Of a DNA stretch of 59,629 bases, positions 45,801 through 54,189 are shown in pieces. This stretch comes from a virus (Duplodnaviria > Caudoviricetes). The stretch covers positions 1-59,629 of the IMG/VR virus record IMGVR_UViG_3300008255_000012, one strand, 5' to 3'. Under the pieces are notes generated by a model. That model did no database searches and was not told the DNA's origin. It saw nothing but the letters and a program-made list of their open reading frames with translations. Both the position numbers and the translations under genes were made by a program. The stretch's first letter is position 1. Each line of letters starts with the position of its first letter.

Positions 45801-48507
45801 TTACTTCTAGCTCTGCTGCTGCTTCTGCTGCTGGCGCTCCTTCGCTCGTTGTAGTCCGCTCTGTAGCGACTCTTTCAACTGGCTGCGCGGTTGGCTTACT
45901 AACTGCTTGAATAGCTGGCTTTGCTTCTGCATAGGTACGCTCTCTTTTGTTTGAAATATCTGAAAGTTTGGTTAGAAGATTTGGCAGTGATGTTTTACCG
46001 CTCTCATAAAGATCGATGGCTTCTGAGGTGGCATTAAAATCTATGTCGCCGGCAGTAGCTACGAGCTCGTCAAGGATTACTTGCTCTTCGCTGTAATGCT
46101 CAGGCTTTTCAGAAAGCATTTTGTTATAGCTTTCAATGTCGGCAATATGTGACTTGTTGCCTGTAGCGTCAGCCATTAGTGTATTGAACGATTCAATGCG
46201 CTTGGCTTCTCGCTCTGCCCGTCGCGCATCAAGCACTTGTTTTGCTTGTCCTGCTCCTTCGCTTCGCATTGCCGCGACTGCATCAAGCATATCTTCCATA
46301 ACTTCAGCTTGTCGTTTGCCTAGTCGCTCGCCTGCCAATGATCGCTTAATAGTTGAGTTAAGCTTATCAGCTCCGCCTAGCGCTTTTGCCCATGACCTAA
46401 CCATTTGCGCGTCAGCGGTTAGCATCTTAGGATCAACTTGTGTTGAGTAATGGCTTTCAGTGTTATTTACTTCGCCGTAAAGCATATCAACGACATCATT
46501 ACTATCTAGCGTGTCGCCTTGGCGGTTTCGGTAGCCCAACTCGTTTAGCTTTTCCGCTGCATCATCAAAGGTCATCTTCCCAGGTGTAGAGAATGTTTTA
46601 CTACCTTTAAACATCGCTGGATCAAATCCCTCTGCTTCGGCAGTGGTTCGGCCTATGCCACCCATCTTCCCGATAACTTCGGCCATGGTATCCGTTTTTG
46701 GTTCTGGCGCTGTCGATTTAGATAACTGTTCTGATAAACCGCCAAAGTCTGTAATCGCATTGCGATAGCCTTTGTTTAAAAGCTTGATGGCATTTGGCTT
46801 GCCTTTTAGCCCAGCAGGGATCGCGGCATCCTTAACCTTTTCGATATAATCGCGTTCAGCCTGTTTTCTGTATTCAAGTTCAAACGGCGACGGGCCAGCT
46901 TCTGTTGGCGCCTTAATTAAAAGCTCGTCAACAGTTGGCGAGGTTGGCATTGATAGCCGTTCTTGTACTGGACCTTTGCCAGCCTCAGTTTGTTGTTTTG
47001 CATACTCGGCGCTTTGCTGTGCAAGTCGGCGCTCAAGATTTGCGCGGCGCTCTGCTACTGTCGGCGCGGCGCGGCCTTCTGCAAATTCATCTTTCTGGAT
47101 CTTGGCCTGTTCCTTTGCCTGTGCGATTAACTCTATTGGCGTCGGTGCAGTTTCTCCTTTAGCTAATGCCTCCTGTACTTCGCCAGTGCCAGCCAAAACC
47201 TTTTCTTGTCGAGCTTGTTCTTGCTGTGCCGCTAGCTTTTCCTCAAGCGCTGCACGGCGCTCTGCCACTGTAGGCGCTGGCTCAGTCGCTAATGGTGCCT
47301 GCTCTTTTCCGGATACTTTTTCAACGGTTCCAACTGTGCCGCCAACTGTGCCTCCTAGTGCTCCACCTAATAACCAGCCCTCTGCCGCAGCACGCACAAC
47401 GCCTTTCATCGGGTCAATATCTTGCCCAGCAACATCGATAAGAATTAAATTCTGTGCGTATTGTTCCGCCGCACTCTGCGCCGCCTCTGTCGGGGCCTCT
47501 GCCGCAAAGCCAGTTACAGCTTTATTAATAATCCCGCCACCCATCTTCCCGGCGATCATGCGGCCAAGTGTGGCGTCACCAATAAAAGAAGCCAAAGCGT
47601 TAACAGTCAGCAACTTGGGATCTTGCATAATCTTCGATGAAGCATGTTCAGCGGTAAGTGTTCTAGCTAGATTTAGTTTTTGCTGATCACTCATTGATTC
47701 ATTAGCTGGATCAGCGTCGACGGCTTTAAAGTTATTTACAAAGACCTCTGACTTTTGAAGGTCTGCCCATGGCAATGATTCAATAGCTTCTCGAGCCTGA
47801 ACTCCCGCGCCACCGGTTGCTGTTGATGTTGCTAATGCGGCAGTTGGTATTGATACTGCTGCGTTAGCTATTTTATTTGCAGCAACTTTCGCACCTGCAT
47901 CTGTAAGACCTTTTGCTACCCCAGCTTTGTAAGCTGTTTCATATACAGGTGCATATAGCCTTTTTCCTGTCATACCACCAAGCACTAAATCTGGTATCAT
48001 TTGAGAAATTATTTTTGTTGCTTTTATAGTCCATGATGACAACTGTTTTGCATTGTCAGTAAATTCAAGATTTTCATTTATAAACTCTTTTTCCAATTTA
48101 GCTTGAGCTGATTCGCTCATGCTTTTTTCAATTGACGTTTTAAAATCTGCTATTGATTCCTTTGCTCCTAATTGCTTTTCGCTTACAAACTTCCTAACCT
48201 CTGGGACAAGATCTAAAGTACCCAATGTTGGGTGCTCAGTTAAAAATAAGTTGTCGAGCCTTAAAATCTCCGCTTTTGATTGAATGTTTTCAATGACGCC
48301 GGCAGCAGAAGCTTTTACATAGTCAGTGATCCCAGGTGAATCGGATTGTTTATCTAGTGAAGATAAGTCTTGCTTCGCTGGCGTAGATGCTTCTTGCAAT
48401 TGCAGTTGCGGTTTATCTCGTTCTTGCTCTTGATCAATGGTTAATGCAGGCTCTTTGCCTTCTCGCATTTGGCTAAACTGATTTTCCCAGAATATTTTCC
48501 CGGCCAT
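39835..48507 (-). CDS. Giant internal virion/ejection polyvalent protein: N6-adenine MTase, HExxH domain, C-terminal LPD38-like domain
   Basis: FFPTP/VLEPSAGNG/NPPF (~43280-43790); LRHEVLAHHG (~42940); NLTVNFNRRG, LYMFFNASVQG, IKIPMPYG, NENFTGSPIY. Confidence 0.85.
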   Translation of the reverse strand: MAGKIFWENQFSQMREGKEPALTIDQEQERDKPQLQLQEASTPAKQDLSSLDKQSDSPGITDYVKASAAGVIENIQSKAEILRLDNLFLTEHPTLGTLDLVPEVRKFVSEKQLGAKESIADFKTSIEKSMSESAQAKLEKEFINENLEFTDNAKQLSSWTIKATKIISQMIPDLVLGGMTGKRLYAPVYETAYKAGVAKGLTDAGAKVAANKIANAAVSIPTAALATSTATGGAGVQAREAIESLPWADLQKSEVFVNNFKAVDADPANESMSDQQKLNLARTLTAEHASSKIMQDPKLLTVNALASFIGDATLGRMIAGKMGGGIINKAVTGFAAEAPTEAAQSAAEQYAQNLILIDVAGQDIDPMKGVVRAAAEGWLLGGALGGTVGGTVGTVEKVSGKEQAPLATEPAPTVAERRAALEEKLAAQQEQARQEKVLAGTGEVQEALAKGETAPTPIELIAQAKEQAKIQKDEFAEGRAAPTVAERRANLERRLAQQSAEYAKQQTEAGKGPVQERLSMPTSPTVDELLIKAPTEAGPSPFELEYRKQAERDYIEKVKDAAIPAGLKGKPNAIKLLNKGYRNAITDFGGLSEQLSKSTAPEPKTDTMAEVIGKMGGIGRTTAEAEGFDPAMFKGSKTFSTPGKMTFDDAAEKLNELGYRNRQGDTLDSNDVVDMLYGEVNNTESHYSTQVDPKMLTADAQMVRSWAKALGGADKLNSTIKRSLAGERLGKRQAEVMEDMLDAVAAMRSEGAGQAKQVLDARRAEREAKRIESFNTLMADATGNKSHIADIESYNKMLSEKPEHYSEEQVILDELVATAGDIDFNATSEAIDLYESGKTSLPNLLTKLSDISNKRERTYAEAKPAIQAVSKPTAQPVERVATERTTTSEGAPAAEAAAELEVKTEKPAEAESEAEAVTAPMPEAEAKSSQEYSFDDISRIREGMGSLALQELGGSMAAKKARDIAGRIWAGMAGGKTYSELADKERSDNFIGMKMFEDAAKKVSLEIDAAKASDKKTAEETKPEAVKELPAAEVEPIEFKNKSHADWDSLSKKAIEGDLTPSEYVAGAEQLSADKERLMSEISKAYTKPKLLEKLGPMAAARAKSEKKDVAVSYYYQQLLSRFHIAETLSYGMGKNAYENAVIESAKKITPESIEAYKEDLAKKRGEYKTKFEGMVKSVKNPETLDEFKQFVNLRGEDKLTTEQKVRYEALLTEAGLSKRVESKMAKAVKKGLGADVEVVETSTGTHGKTGEPIINVKLGRLGADQFKQAAAQARSMGGGYWRGNFYLPDQKSADEFTSWIKGGDIDRTEQLTKGEEVKQKVKVTKLISMAEKLEQKANEDLSSTRRENTARQMRMADSSRAKADSDASFAKMLRAVANGIESGEIKYLAELSSKAQLETLDKKMNGLRYNVPQSKIDELMDRDRNSNLSWKSSVSIEDRVQFSRFPMIDSHYSAIERWSSEMDNMSGYKQAAASLKKTIAGLGQRDYATLDPSKPYFNKLLDFLKDQPNYYNGTELAAEYSRLTRMGIDTPAALRTALIELNSIKSSIDAPKQKTTVEVMERELKRKMRLNRNAFNDFFPTPKTISDDVVSLAGIGEGMKVLEPSAGNGELADAMNKFGADIDVVEMAGDLRAILQEKGYNLVGDDFMEFKSGPVYDRIVMNPPFSNDQDIDHVYHAYDMLKAGGKLVAIVSSMAGDRSNNKNKAFKEWVSSLDGQEELLPENAFLESLNPTAVRTKTILVEKPEEVSDSVSKEPSSEIIKFSSDSIVAGTPKGMPAKQVDVIAKSFIKEYKGAAGIKAMVFQTQKEAMDYAGIQDDESVLRHAFYNPRTNEVVLISNNIDSAADARKILRHEVLAHHGLMRVVGQDEWRNVVNLVSASRNAKSLESIWSDIDERYEGFDENAKAEEVIASIAELEPSKLGEWGNRIIAAITRALRKVGFVGDKITATEIKDMIRIIGERIKTVSAGRSEIKNDIKFSNQLTAKDGFSIPDETRKDAFLRSIQDKYRRLKVTQKAVKEQGGMIDESKDVYLAEELFHGKVGEDLRVMEDQYIKPLVEYMGKENVSREELDLYLIARHAPERNAQIAKINPDIQDGGSGMTDAEAAKIMDNFTKEGTMTKVKAAAAFVDGIINSTKQRLIDSGLESQDIVDSWDSAYKHYVPLKGFAVNESDTEGNRVKATGKGFSVHGRETMRAMGRRTVSESPLAYVISDATQSAIRARKNEVAQTMLRLVDANPDPELWQVFSSENPDTTRKITKRKDPATGKTVETVIETVMPMHAMKDKYLGAKMGGEQYYIKLHDPRLMEAMANLGVEQANILTKTIGRVTRVLSALITSYDPQFALSNFARDVQTAVYNVLAESKIEGGKALGTKDLAKEMVKDIPSSMKALKRGFRDNDFTGEWGAYLKEYLDAGAKTGWFVQKDIDEIKDDITRSISTTGEGAKNKLIRSKDKMLKFIDDYNDVIENSSRLSVYTNARRLGLTEKAAASLAKNLTVNFNRRGEMTNSINALYMFFNASVQGTANMLRAVMTPADKTKKIWDPEFYNLTQKIAMALPIATILMAQANREWGGDDDDGKPFYDKVPDYVKETNFVLMIPGSEGDFIKIPMPYGYNFFASIGNAIDRSMNTESTAIESAFDTVAAFAGAFSPLGAVSSEQMTSQVVKTAAPAVLKPFVEMALNENFTGSPIYKEQNPFGLKTPDAYNSQRKTWEWAKGLSEYLNDLTGGNQFKSGVVDIAPESWQHLIKFAGGGLGSLFGRSQDLAVKTVKGESVESGEIPFWRKYMGSISESVDISEMYKRFDEIKTVEKQATMLPGEERIKFITENRPKVKLISMTKGIQKELTRLNKQKAAIDASKLSDEQKQTRIDAIEERKRLMAARFNKAYNEAVSVK

Positions 48508-48569
48508 GACTAAACGCCTCTGTTATATAGATTTACCAATGATACATTGACTAGAGAATTAATCGAAAT

Positions 48570-48592
48570 AAAAAGCCCCTATTTAGGGGCTT
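48570..48592 (-). terminator. Terminator between ejection genes
   Basis: AAGCCCCTA-AA-TAGGGGCTTTTT. Confidence 0.65.
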
Positions 48593-48603
48593 AATAAGGC
48601 TTG

Positions 48604-49998
48604 TTATTTTGCCCTGAGTGACGAGGCTACGTTATCGGCGTCCCTTTGATTGGACCACTCTTTATACATCACCTCTAACTGATCAGGCGAATAAGCATTA
48701 AACGGATTTTCTATCCCGGCCTCTGCTGCGTAATCAGCACCTTCTTGAATGAATGCTTTCTTGTTGGCATCTTGAGAAGCCCATGCAGATGCATCAATTC
48801 TAGATTCACCCTTGCCTGCTGGTACTGGGACCGCGGCATCACCTTTGCCAACACTTGATTGACCCTGAATGCCATATCGCTGATCTGTTTTCTGTCTAAG
48901 CTTACTTGCTTGATCCTTAACGTCGTCAATTTTTTTTTGCTTTGCTTCGGCATCCATAAAACCGTCGGGATCAATCTTGTTTGTTTGTTCAAGCTCCCAC
49001 TTGTCAATATCGCCTGTTTCTCGCAGGTATTGGCGGCGCGTTACCTCTTGACTTGATATTTCAGAACCTGGTCGTCCAGTGTATTGGTTAACGGCATTCA
49101 TCAAGTCAGGCTGATTAAATGCGCTTGCCATGCGAGTATAGCCTTCAATGTGATTAATGAACTTGTCAATAGGCACTACTCTTACAGGGTCGTTAGGATC
49201 CATGCTGCGGCCTTCAGTAACTGGTGCGGTGTACTTAGTGCCGTCGCTTAACGTAGTTTCAACTTCAAATACAATGCCTTTATTTTGGTATGGCAGTATA
49301 GATTTAAGTCGCTTCGATTCTACTGTCTTGCCTGTTTTTGGGTCTTTCTCTCCGATACCCTGTTCAATGTCAGGCTTCATAAGAGTATCTAACGCCGATA
49401 GGTATTCTGGATTGTTAACGTCATTAAGCGTTACTTCACCAGATTGCATTTTGTTTACCAGTTCGTCGGTATACTCATATGCTTTTTTAGCAGAGTCTTT
49501 GTACTCCTGCTTTGCCATAAAGGTAGGATCGAATCTTGTGCCTTTGGCAGCGTCCATAAACTCGGGCGAAAAATCCCCTCCAGTGGCAACGCGCTGATAT
49601 TCGATAGGTGCCATTGCCGCAACGGTCTTATCTTTTTCTGCACGCTTAGCTTGCGATACCTGCCAATCAAATTGGGCAACTTGCTTTTCAGCCAGTTTAA
49701 GCTGGCGATCTTCGCTTCTTGCCGCACGATCTTCGCCCTTAACGGCTCTTTCTTCACGCGATTTCTCAAGGCCTGTTCTCAAGTCAGCTAAGCTCAAGTC
49801 TTTTGCATGTGACTCTTGCGCTCTTTTCTCTTGAGACTGGGCTCGTTCCTCGGCCGACATTTGAAGCTTTGCCTGTTGCTCTCGAAGCTTTGATAGCTCT
49901 GATTGTTCTTGCTCTGATTGATCCTGCTTTCGCAAGGCTAATCCAATTTGAGAGCCAGCTATAAGCCCTTCGGCCAACCCACCTAAACCTGAAGCCAT
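48604..49998 (-). CDS. Internal virion/DNA ejection protein
   Basis: GLAEGL..G N-terminus, coiled coil, YTAPVTEGRS.DP.D; precedes giant gene. Confidence 0.65.
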   Translation of the reverse strand: MASGLGGLAEGLIAGSQIGLALRKQDQSEQEQSELSKLREQQAKLQMSAEERAQSQEKRAQESHAKDLSLADLRTGLEKSREERAVKGEDRAARSEDRQLKLAEKQVAQFDWQVSQAKRAEKDKTVAAMAPIEYQRVATGGDFSPEFMDAAKGTRFDPTFMAKQEYKDSAKKAYEYTDELVNKMQSGEVTLNDVNNPEYLSALDTLMKPDIEQGIGEKDPKTGKTVESKRLKSILPYQNKGIVFEVETTLSDGTKYTAPVTEGRSMDPNDPVRVVPIDKFINHIEGYTRMASAFNQPDLMNAVNQYTGRPGSEISSQEVTRRQYLRETGDIDKWELEQTNKIDPDGFMDAEAKQKKIDDVKDQASKLRQKTDQRYGIQGQSSVGKGDAAVPVPAGKGESRIDASAWASQDANKKAFIQEGADYAAEAGIENPFNAYSPDQLEVMYKEWSNQRDADNVASSLRAK

Positions 49999-50035
49999 AA
50001 ATCCGCCTTAAAAATTGTCACGTTAAGATTGTATT

Positions 50036-50371
50036 TTACTTTACCTTGGTCAGATAGCTATCGACTAGGTGCCCAACAATGTACGCTGTCAACTCATCAT
50101 CATCCCAACTTGGCGGTCGATGCATGTGCCTCTGAATAAAACCAGATGCATGCACAGCCTCATGGGCAAACGTAGCTACACAGTATTCCATCATCACAAT
50201 GCACACTGCCGAACCTACTGGGACTTCCTTATAATGGCAGGCACCAGTACGTCCACAGTCACCTAATCCCATCTTCTTCGAGAACTTCTCCCGCCAATCT
50301 TTATCACCGACGCATACATACACGACAGAGCTTAAGACTGGCATTTTAACTTTGAACTTTAAATTTTTCAT
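50036..50371 (-). CDS. Small HExxH zincin-like protein
   Basis: TFAHEAVHA...DELTAYIVG; ATGA-coupled. Confidence 0.65.
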   Translation of the reverse strand: MKNLKFKVKMPVLSSVVYVCVGDKDWREKFSKKMGLGDCGRTGACHYKEVPVGSAVCIVMMEYCVATFAHEAVHASGFIQRHMHRPPSWDDDELTAYIVGHLVDSYLTKVK

Positions 50372-50601
50372 AGTAACCAGTCTGCAATCAACCCCACGCC
50401 GGCGCCAATTGCAGCACCCCATGGACCACCAACACTAGCACCGATTGCGGCGCCAGTTCCTACCGCGCCCATTGACTGTGATTTGGCCTGCGCCTCTCTC
50501 TGTTCGTTAAGCATTTTTCTGTCTTGCTCCATTTGCTCAGATTGGCCTATACCTTGTATAGCCTCACCCTGCAAAGAGCTTTTTAAGTCAAGTAATGCCA
50601 T
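50368..50601 (-). CDS. Small Gly/Ala-rich ejection protein
   Basis: GAAIGASVGGPWGAAIGAGVG glycine zipper. Confidence 0.65.
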   Translation of the reverse strand: MALLDLKSSLQGEAIQGIGQSEQMEQDRKMLNEQREAQAKSQSMGAVGTGAAIGASVGGPWGAAIGAGVGLIADWLL

Positions 50602-50975
50602 TACTTATTCCCCATCATTTGGCTATTCAGCGATCCACTTGATCCCAATACCGCCTGAGACTTAAGGTCTGTGTAAAAATTCCTTAACTCATTTTCCGCA
50701 CCAGCTTGTGATAGTGCTTTTGAGATTCCTGTTTGCCTTTGAGCCGACTCGCTTTCACCACTGAGCCCCATCCTTTCCATTCTTGACTGCTGGTTTGCAG
50801 CCTGAAGATCAAACGCCTGCGATGTTTGCTCTGGCACAAGAGAAAGGGATTTTCTAAGGCTTTCACCAGTAAGCAAATCTTTAGACATGCCTTCTAGTAT
50901 TGGCGCGTATGACTGCCTATATCGCTCCCATTGTTCTCTGGCTAGTTGAGCTTGAGTTAAATCTGCAATACCCAT
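50601..50975 (-). CDS. Internal virion protein
   Basis: REQWERY...P.E motif; ejection cluster. Confidence 0.55.
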   Translation of the reverse strand: MGIADLTQAQLAREQWERYRQSYAPILEGMSKDLLTGESLRKSLSLVPEQTSQAFDLQAANQQSRMERMGLSGESESAQRQTGISKALSQAGAENELRNFYTDLKSQAVLGSSGSLNSQMMGNK

Positions 50976-50979
50976 GGCA

Positions 50980-51543
50980 TTATCCCTTCTTAGGTGCGTA
51001 ATAAGTTCCAGCGGCTCCCGCCAAGGTTCCTGCTAACTGTCTTAAGCCTTGGTTTTCCTGATACTTTACCGCTGCTTCCTGTTCAGCTTTTTGAGCCGAA
51101 CGTCTAGCAACATCACTCATACTTGCTTGCGCTTGAGTGGCCTCGCCAGCCCCTGCCCTTAGCAAGTTCATTTCTGAAAGCAGTTGGTTTGACTGCAGAC
51201 CTGCCTCTGATTCGGTTTGGCTTGCCGACATTGTTTCGCCGCCAGATCTTGAAATGTCGCTTTGTGCTTCGCGAAATTTTCCAGATGTAGGGTCTACGCC
51301 AGTTGCTGCTAACTCCTTAAGGGTTTGCTCTCCAACTTGACCAAATTGCTTTTGGCTCGCTACGTTAGCCGCGGCTCCCGTCTTTGCTCTTTGCTCATCG
51401 GTAACGCCCTTGCTAACCTTTGCAATCATCATGTCTTCAAGAGGCTGCAAATTCTGCTTTGACATATTCCACTTTTCAGTTGCTATGTTTGCTAGTTCTT
51501 TTTGATAAGCCGTTTCTTTCACTTCATCAGGACCGCCGCCCAT
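50980..51543 (-). CDS. Internal virion protein
   Basis: MGGG..VKET, GVDPTSGKF, Gly/Ala C-terminus. Confidence 0.6.
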   Translation of the reverse strand: MGGGPDEVKETAYQKELANIATEKWNMSKQNLQPLEDMMIAKVSKGVTDEQRAKTGAAANVASQKQFGQVGEQTLKELAATGVDPTSGKFREAQSDISRSGGETMSASQTESEAGLQSNQLLSEMNLLRAGAGEATQAQASMSDVARRSAQKAEQEAAVKYQENQGLRQLAGTLAGAAGTYYAPKKG

Positions 51544-51550
51544 AGTTACC

Positions 51551-51916
51551 TCACAATTCAATTATCCAGCTTGATAGATCGCCATCGACATTAGTCTTGG
51601 CCCATCCGCATTTTTTAGCCATTCTCTCCAATGCTTTGTTTGCTGTTGAAAACGTAATGTAACGCGCTCCGATCTCTTCAGCTCTAGCGGAAACAAATTT
51701 GTATCCAATAGCAAAGCCATTAGGCCTTTCTGAGTAAGCACATTCAATGTGGACGCATGGGCAGTCATCTATAACCCTTGTTTTTAACACAATGAAGCAA
51801 TCATCATAATCAAAAAGGAATGCATCACCATTATTGCACTCTTTGATTATTTTATCAGTTAGTGATGGCATTCCAACTGATAAGGCTATCTCTTTTATTT
51901 TTTCAAAGTACCACAT
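51551..51916 (-). CDS. GNAT-fold-like head/tail assembly protein
   Basis: FIVL...AYS...A.EIGA..I.F.T....R.AKK.GW; position before ejection genes. Confidence 0.5.
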   Translation of the reverse strand: MWYFEKIKEIALSVGMPSLTDKIIKECNNGDAFLFDYDDCFIVLKTRVIDDCPCVHIECAYSERPNGFAIGYKFVSARAEEIGARYITFSTANKALERMAKKCGWAKTNVDGDLSSWIIEL

Positions 51917-51948
51917 ATTTTCCCTGTACTTCTAATAATGATATAGAC

Positions 51949-54189
51949 CTAAACTTTAAACAATCCGAATACAACTACCTGACTATATACTTCACTTATG
52001 CGCTCAACATTGCCACCAATCTGACTATTTATTTCAAGCCTTATCTCGAAAGTGCCACTTACATTTGCTGGCATAGTGTAGACATATGGCGGGCTATTTA
52101 CCCCTGCTCTTGGGTATGCATTTGACGTTGCTGTCCCAACAATGTTATCGCTGATAGTAAAACTCTGGCTCGCAACAATTACTCCATTTACATAATAATA
52201 CGCAGTAGCAACTCCGTACCCATAAAGAGATAGCGAAGGAAACTGCAATCTTCTCGCATAATTCTGAGTCTCAAAAGAACCATTGGCAACAACAGTTCGG
52301 CTAAAAATGTCATTCTTTTTAGGTACTGAAATGCTGATGGCCCTATAAATGTCACCAACTATTTTGTTTGCGTAGATGGTTCCTCTTACATCACAAGTTT
52401 CATCAATTAGAACATTTCTAAAAGTTCCTGAGCTTGCGTTCAAGTTTCCTTGAACATAAGCATTAGCAATAATCGCATCGTTAGAAATCATATTGCCATT
52501 TTCATCGACAGAAAATTTACTGCCTATTGCAATTTTTCCGCCTTTTATATCTGGCGCGGTAAGCGTGGCCGCTGCCTTAATGTTATCTGCTATTACTTCA
52601 CCAGCCACAAGATCTTGAATCCTTGCGGCCTTAATGTAGGCGGTGTCAATAAATACGCTAGGCACTCCGGTATCAGGGTGCGGGGCAACAATGAATGGGT
52701 ACACTGTTGTTGACCCAGCAGTAGCGGCAACACCAACAGAGAATTGGCCTGCAATAATTGTGCATTGTGATACGTCAGGCTTTCCAGTTTCACGCTTAAC
52801 TGTAAGACCTATGCCAGCTTGAATGTCTCCGATGCTAGCCTTTACCCCCCATTGCGCTTTATATGCGTTAGAGCCGTCGGCATTTATCGTCGCTATTGTC
52901 TGCGTGTTTTGCGTCACCTTTGACGTTAGGCTTCCCGAGGTACTCTCAAGCGTGACGAGTCGCTGTGATATTGAACTGATGCTTTGTTTATTTGAGTTTA
53001 CATCACTTCCAACTTCAACAAGGGTTTGTTCTTGCGTGGTAATTCTTGATGTGTTTGAGCCTATCGATGAACTCATAACATCTAATCTTGCTGATATTGA
53101 TGTTTCTACTCTTGAAATTTCATTACCATTCGCATCTGTTTTTGCATTTACAGTGGCGATAGTTGTTGTGTTAGTTGTAACTCTTGAACTGATATCTCCT
53201 ATAGTTGAGTCCTGAGTTTCAATTCGCTGAGTTACTGCTGAGATTGCTTCGCCAGTTTTTTGATCTAATGCAATTACCGATGTTTTTGTATCAATAATGG
53301 AGGCTTTGTTATCGTCAACCCTTACTGACACTTCCGATATTTCTTGAGCCATCGCGCCTGTAGAGGTGAAAAGCACTTGCTGATCTTTTTGTATTGAAGC
53401 AACAATCGCTCGCCTAGCGTAACCCTCATCATCACGACCAGCCGCTACCTCGGCTAATCCTTCTGCTGTTATTTCTGCGCTGATAGATAAAAGCTCTGTC
53501 TTTGATTGCACATCAATAACTTCACCATTGAGAGTTATAATGCCTTTATCGTTTTCTGAAATCCCTTCGCCATAATCATTGATGCGATCATTGAAATCCG
53601 GCGTCAAAAATGACTCGTCTATCTCACCCTTGAGCTTATCTAAGATGTCGCCGATATCAGCTTCAGTTTTTCCTAGAACACCGAACGTTGATTGTATAGG
53701 GCCCTTTATGTCGCTTTTATTTACAAACCTGACCCAGTAATAAAACTCACGACCGCCACCAACTGCATCGCTGTAAAGATTTGCGGCTGTGGTTGCTATC
53801 TTAACGGCAAGGCTAAAGTCATCTACGTTTGCCCTCAAGATCTCAGCGTAAGCATGTCCGCCATATGTAGGCGTGTCCCATTCAATTAATATGCTAGAAA
53901 ATCCGCCAGTCGCGATAACGTTAAGCGGTATTGTTGGAGCTTCAATAACCTCGCCACCCGGTAGTGTTGAGCCTCCGCCGGTATTGGGGAGTGATGGGAC
54001 AACCTGTCCGCCAGCACCTTTTTTAGCGGTGATTATCCCTAGGTCGACAAGATCCCTCATAAGTATTGAGCGATCCATTCCGTCACCGCGGGCGCCATTA
54101 AGGATCTCTAGGTTTTCATATATTGACTGAAGCTTTGGATCTAGCCCTGCGCCGGCTGGGCGCGTCATTCTCGGTGTAGATTGACTCAA
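51949..54189 (-). CDS. Tail tip/host-specificity protein (FnIII + coiled coil + DUF1983-like C-terminus)
   Basis: ENLEILNGARG, GGFSSILIEWD, YYWVRFVN, VFIDTAYIKAA, FSVDENGN, GTIYANKIVGD. Confidence 0.75.
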   Translation of the reverse strand: MSQSTPRMTRPAGAGLDPKLQSIYENLEILNGARGDGMDRSILMRDLVDLGIITAKKGAGGQVVPSLPNTGGGSTLPGGEVIEAPTIPLNVIATGGFSSILIEWDTPTYGGHAYAEILRANVDDFSLAVKIATTAANLYSDAVGGGREFYYWVRFVNKSDIKGPIQSTFGVLGKTEADIGDILDKLKGEIDESFLTPDFNDRINDYGEGISENDKGIITLNGEVIDVQSKTELLSISAEITAEGLAEVAAGRDDEGYARRAIVASIQKDQQVLFTSTGAMAQEISEVSVRVDDNKASIIDTKTSVIALDQKTGEAISAVTQRIETQDSTIGDISSRVTTNTTTIATVNAKTDANGNEISRVETSISARLDVMSSSIGSNTSRITTQEQTLVEVGSDVNSNKQSISSISQRLVTLESTSGSLTSKVTQNTQTIATINADGSNAYKAQWGVKASIGDIQAGIGLTVKRETGKPDVSQCTIIAGQFSVGVAATAGSTTVYPFIVAPHPDTGVPSVFIDTAYIKAARIQDLVAGEVIADNIKAAATLTAPDIKGGKIAIGSKFSVDENGNMISNDAIIANAYVQGNLNASSGTFRNVLIDETCDVRGTIYANKIVGDIYRAISISVPKKNDIFSRTVVANGSFETQNYARRLQFPSLSLYGYGVATAYYYVNGVIVASQSFTISDNIVGTATSNAYPRAGVNSPPYVYTMPANVSGTFEIRLEINSQIGGNVERISEVYSQVVVFGLFKV

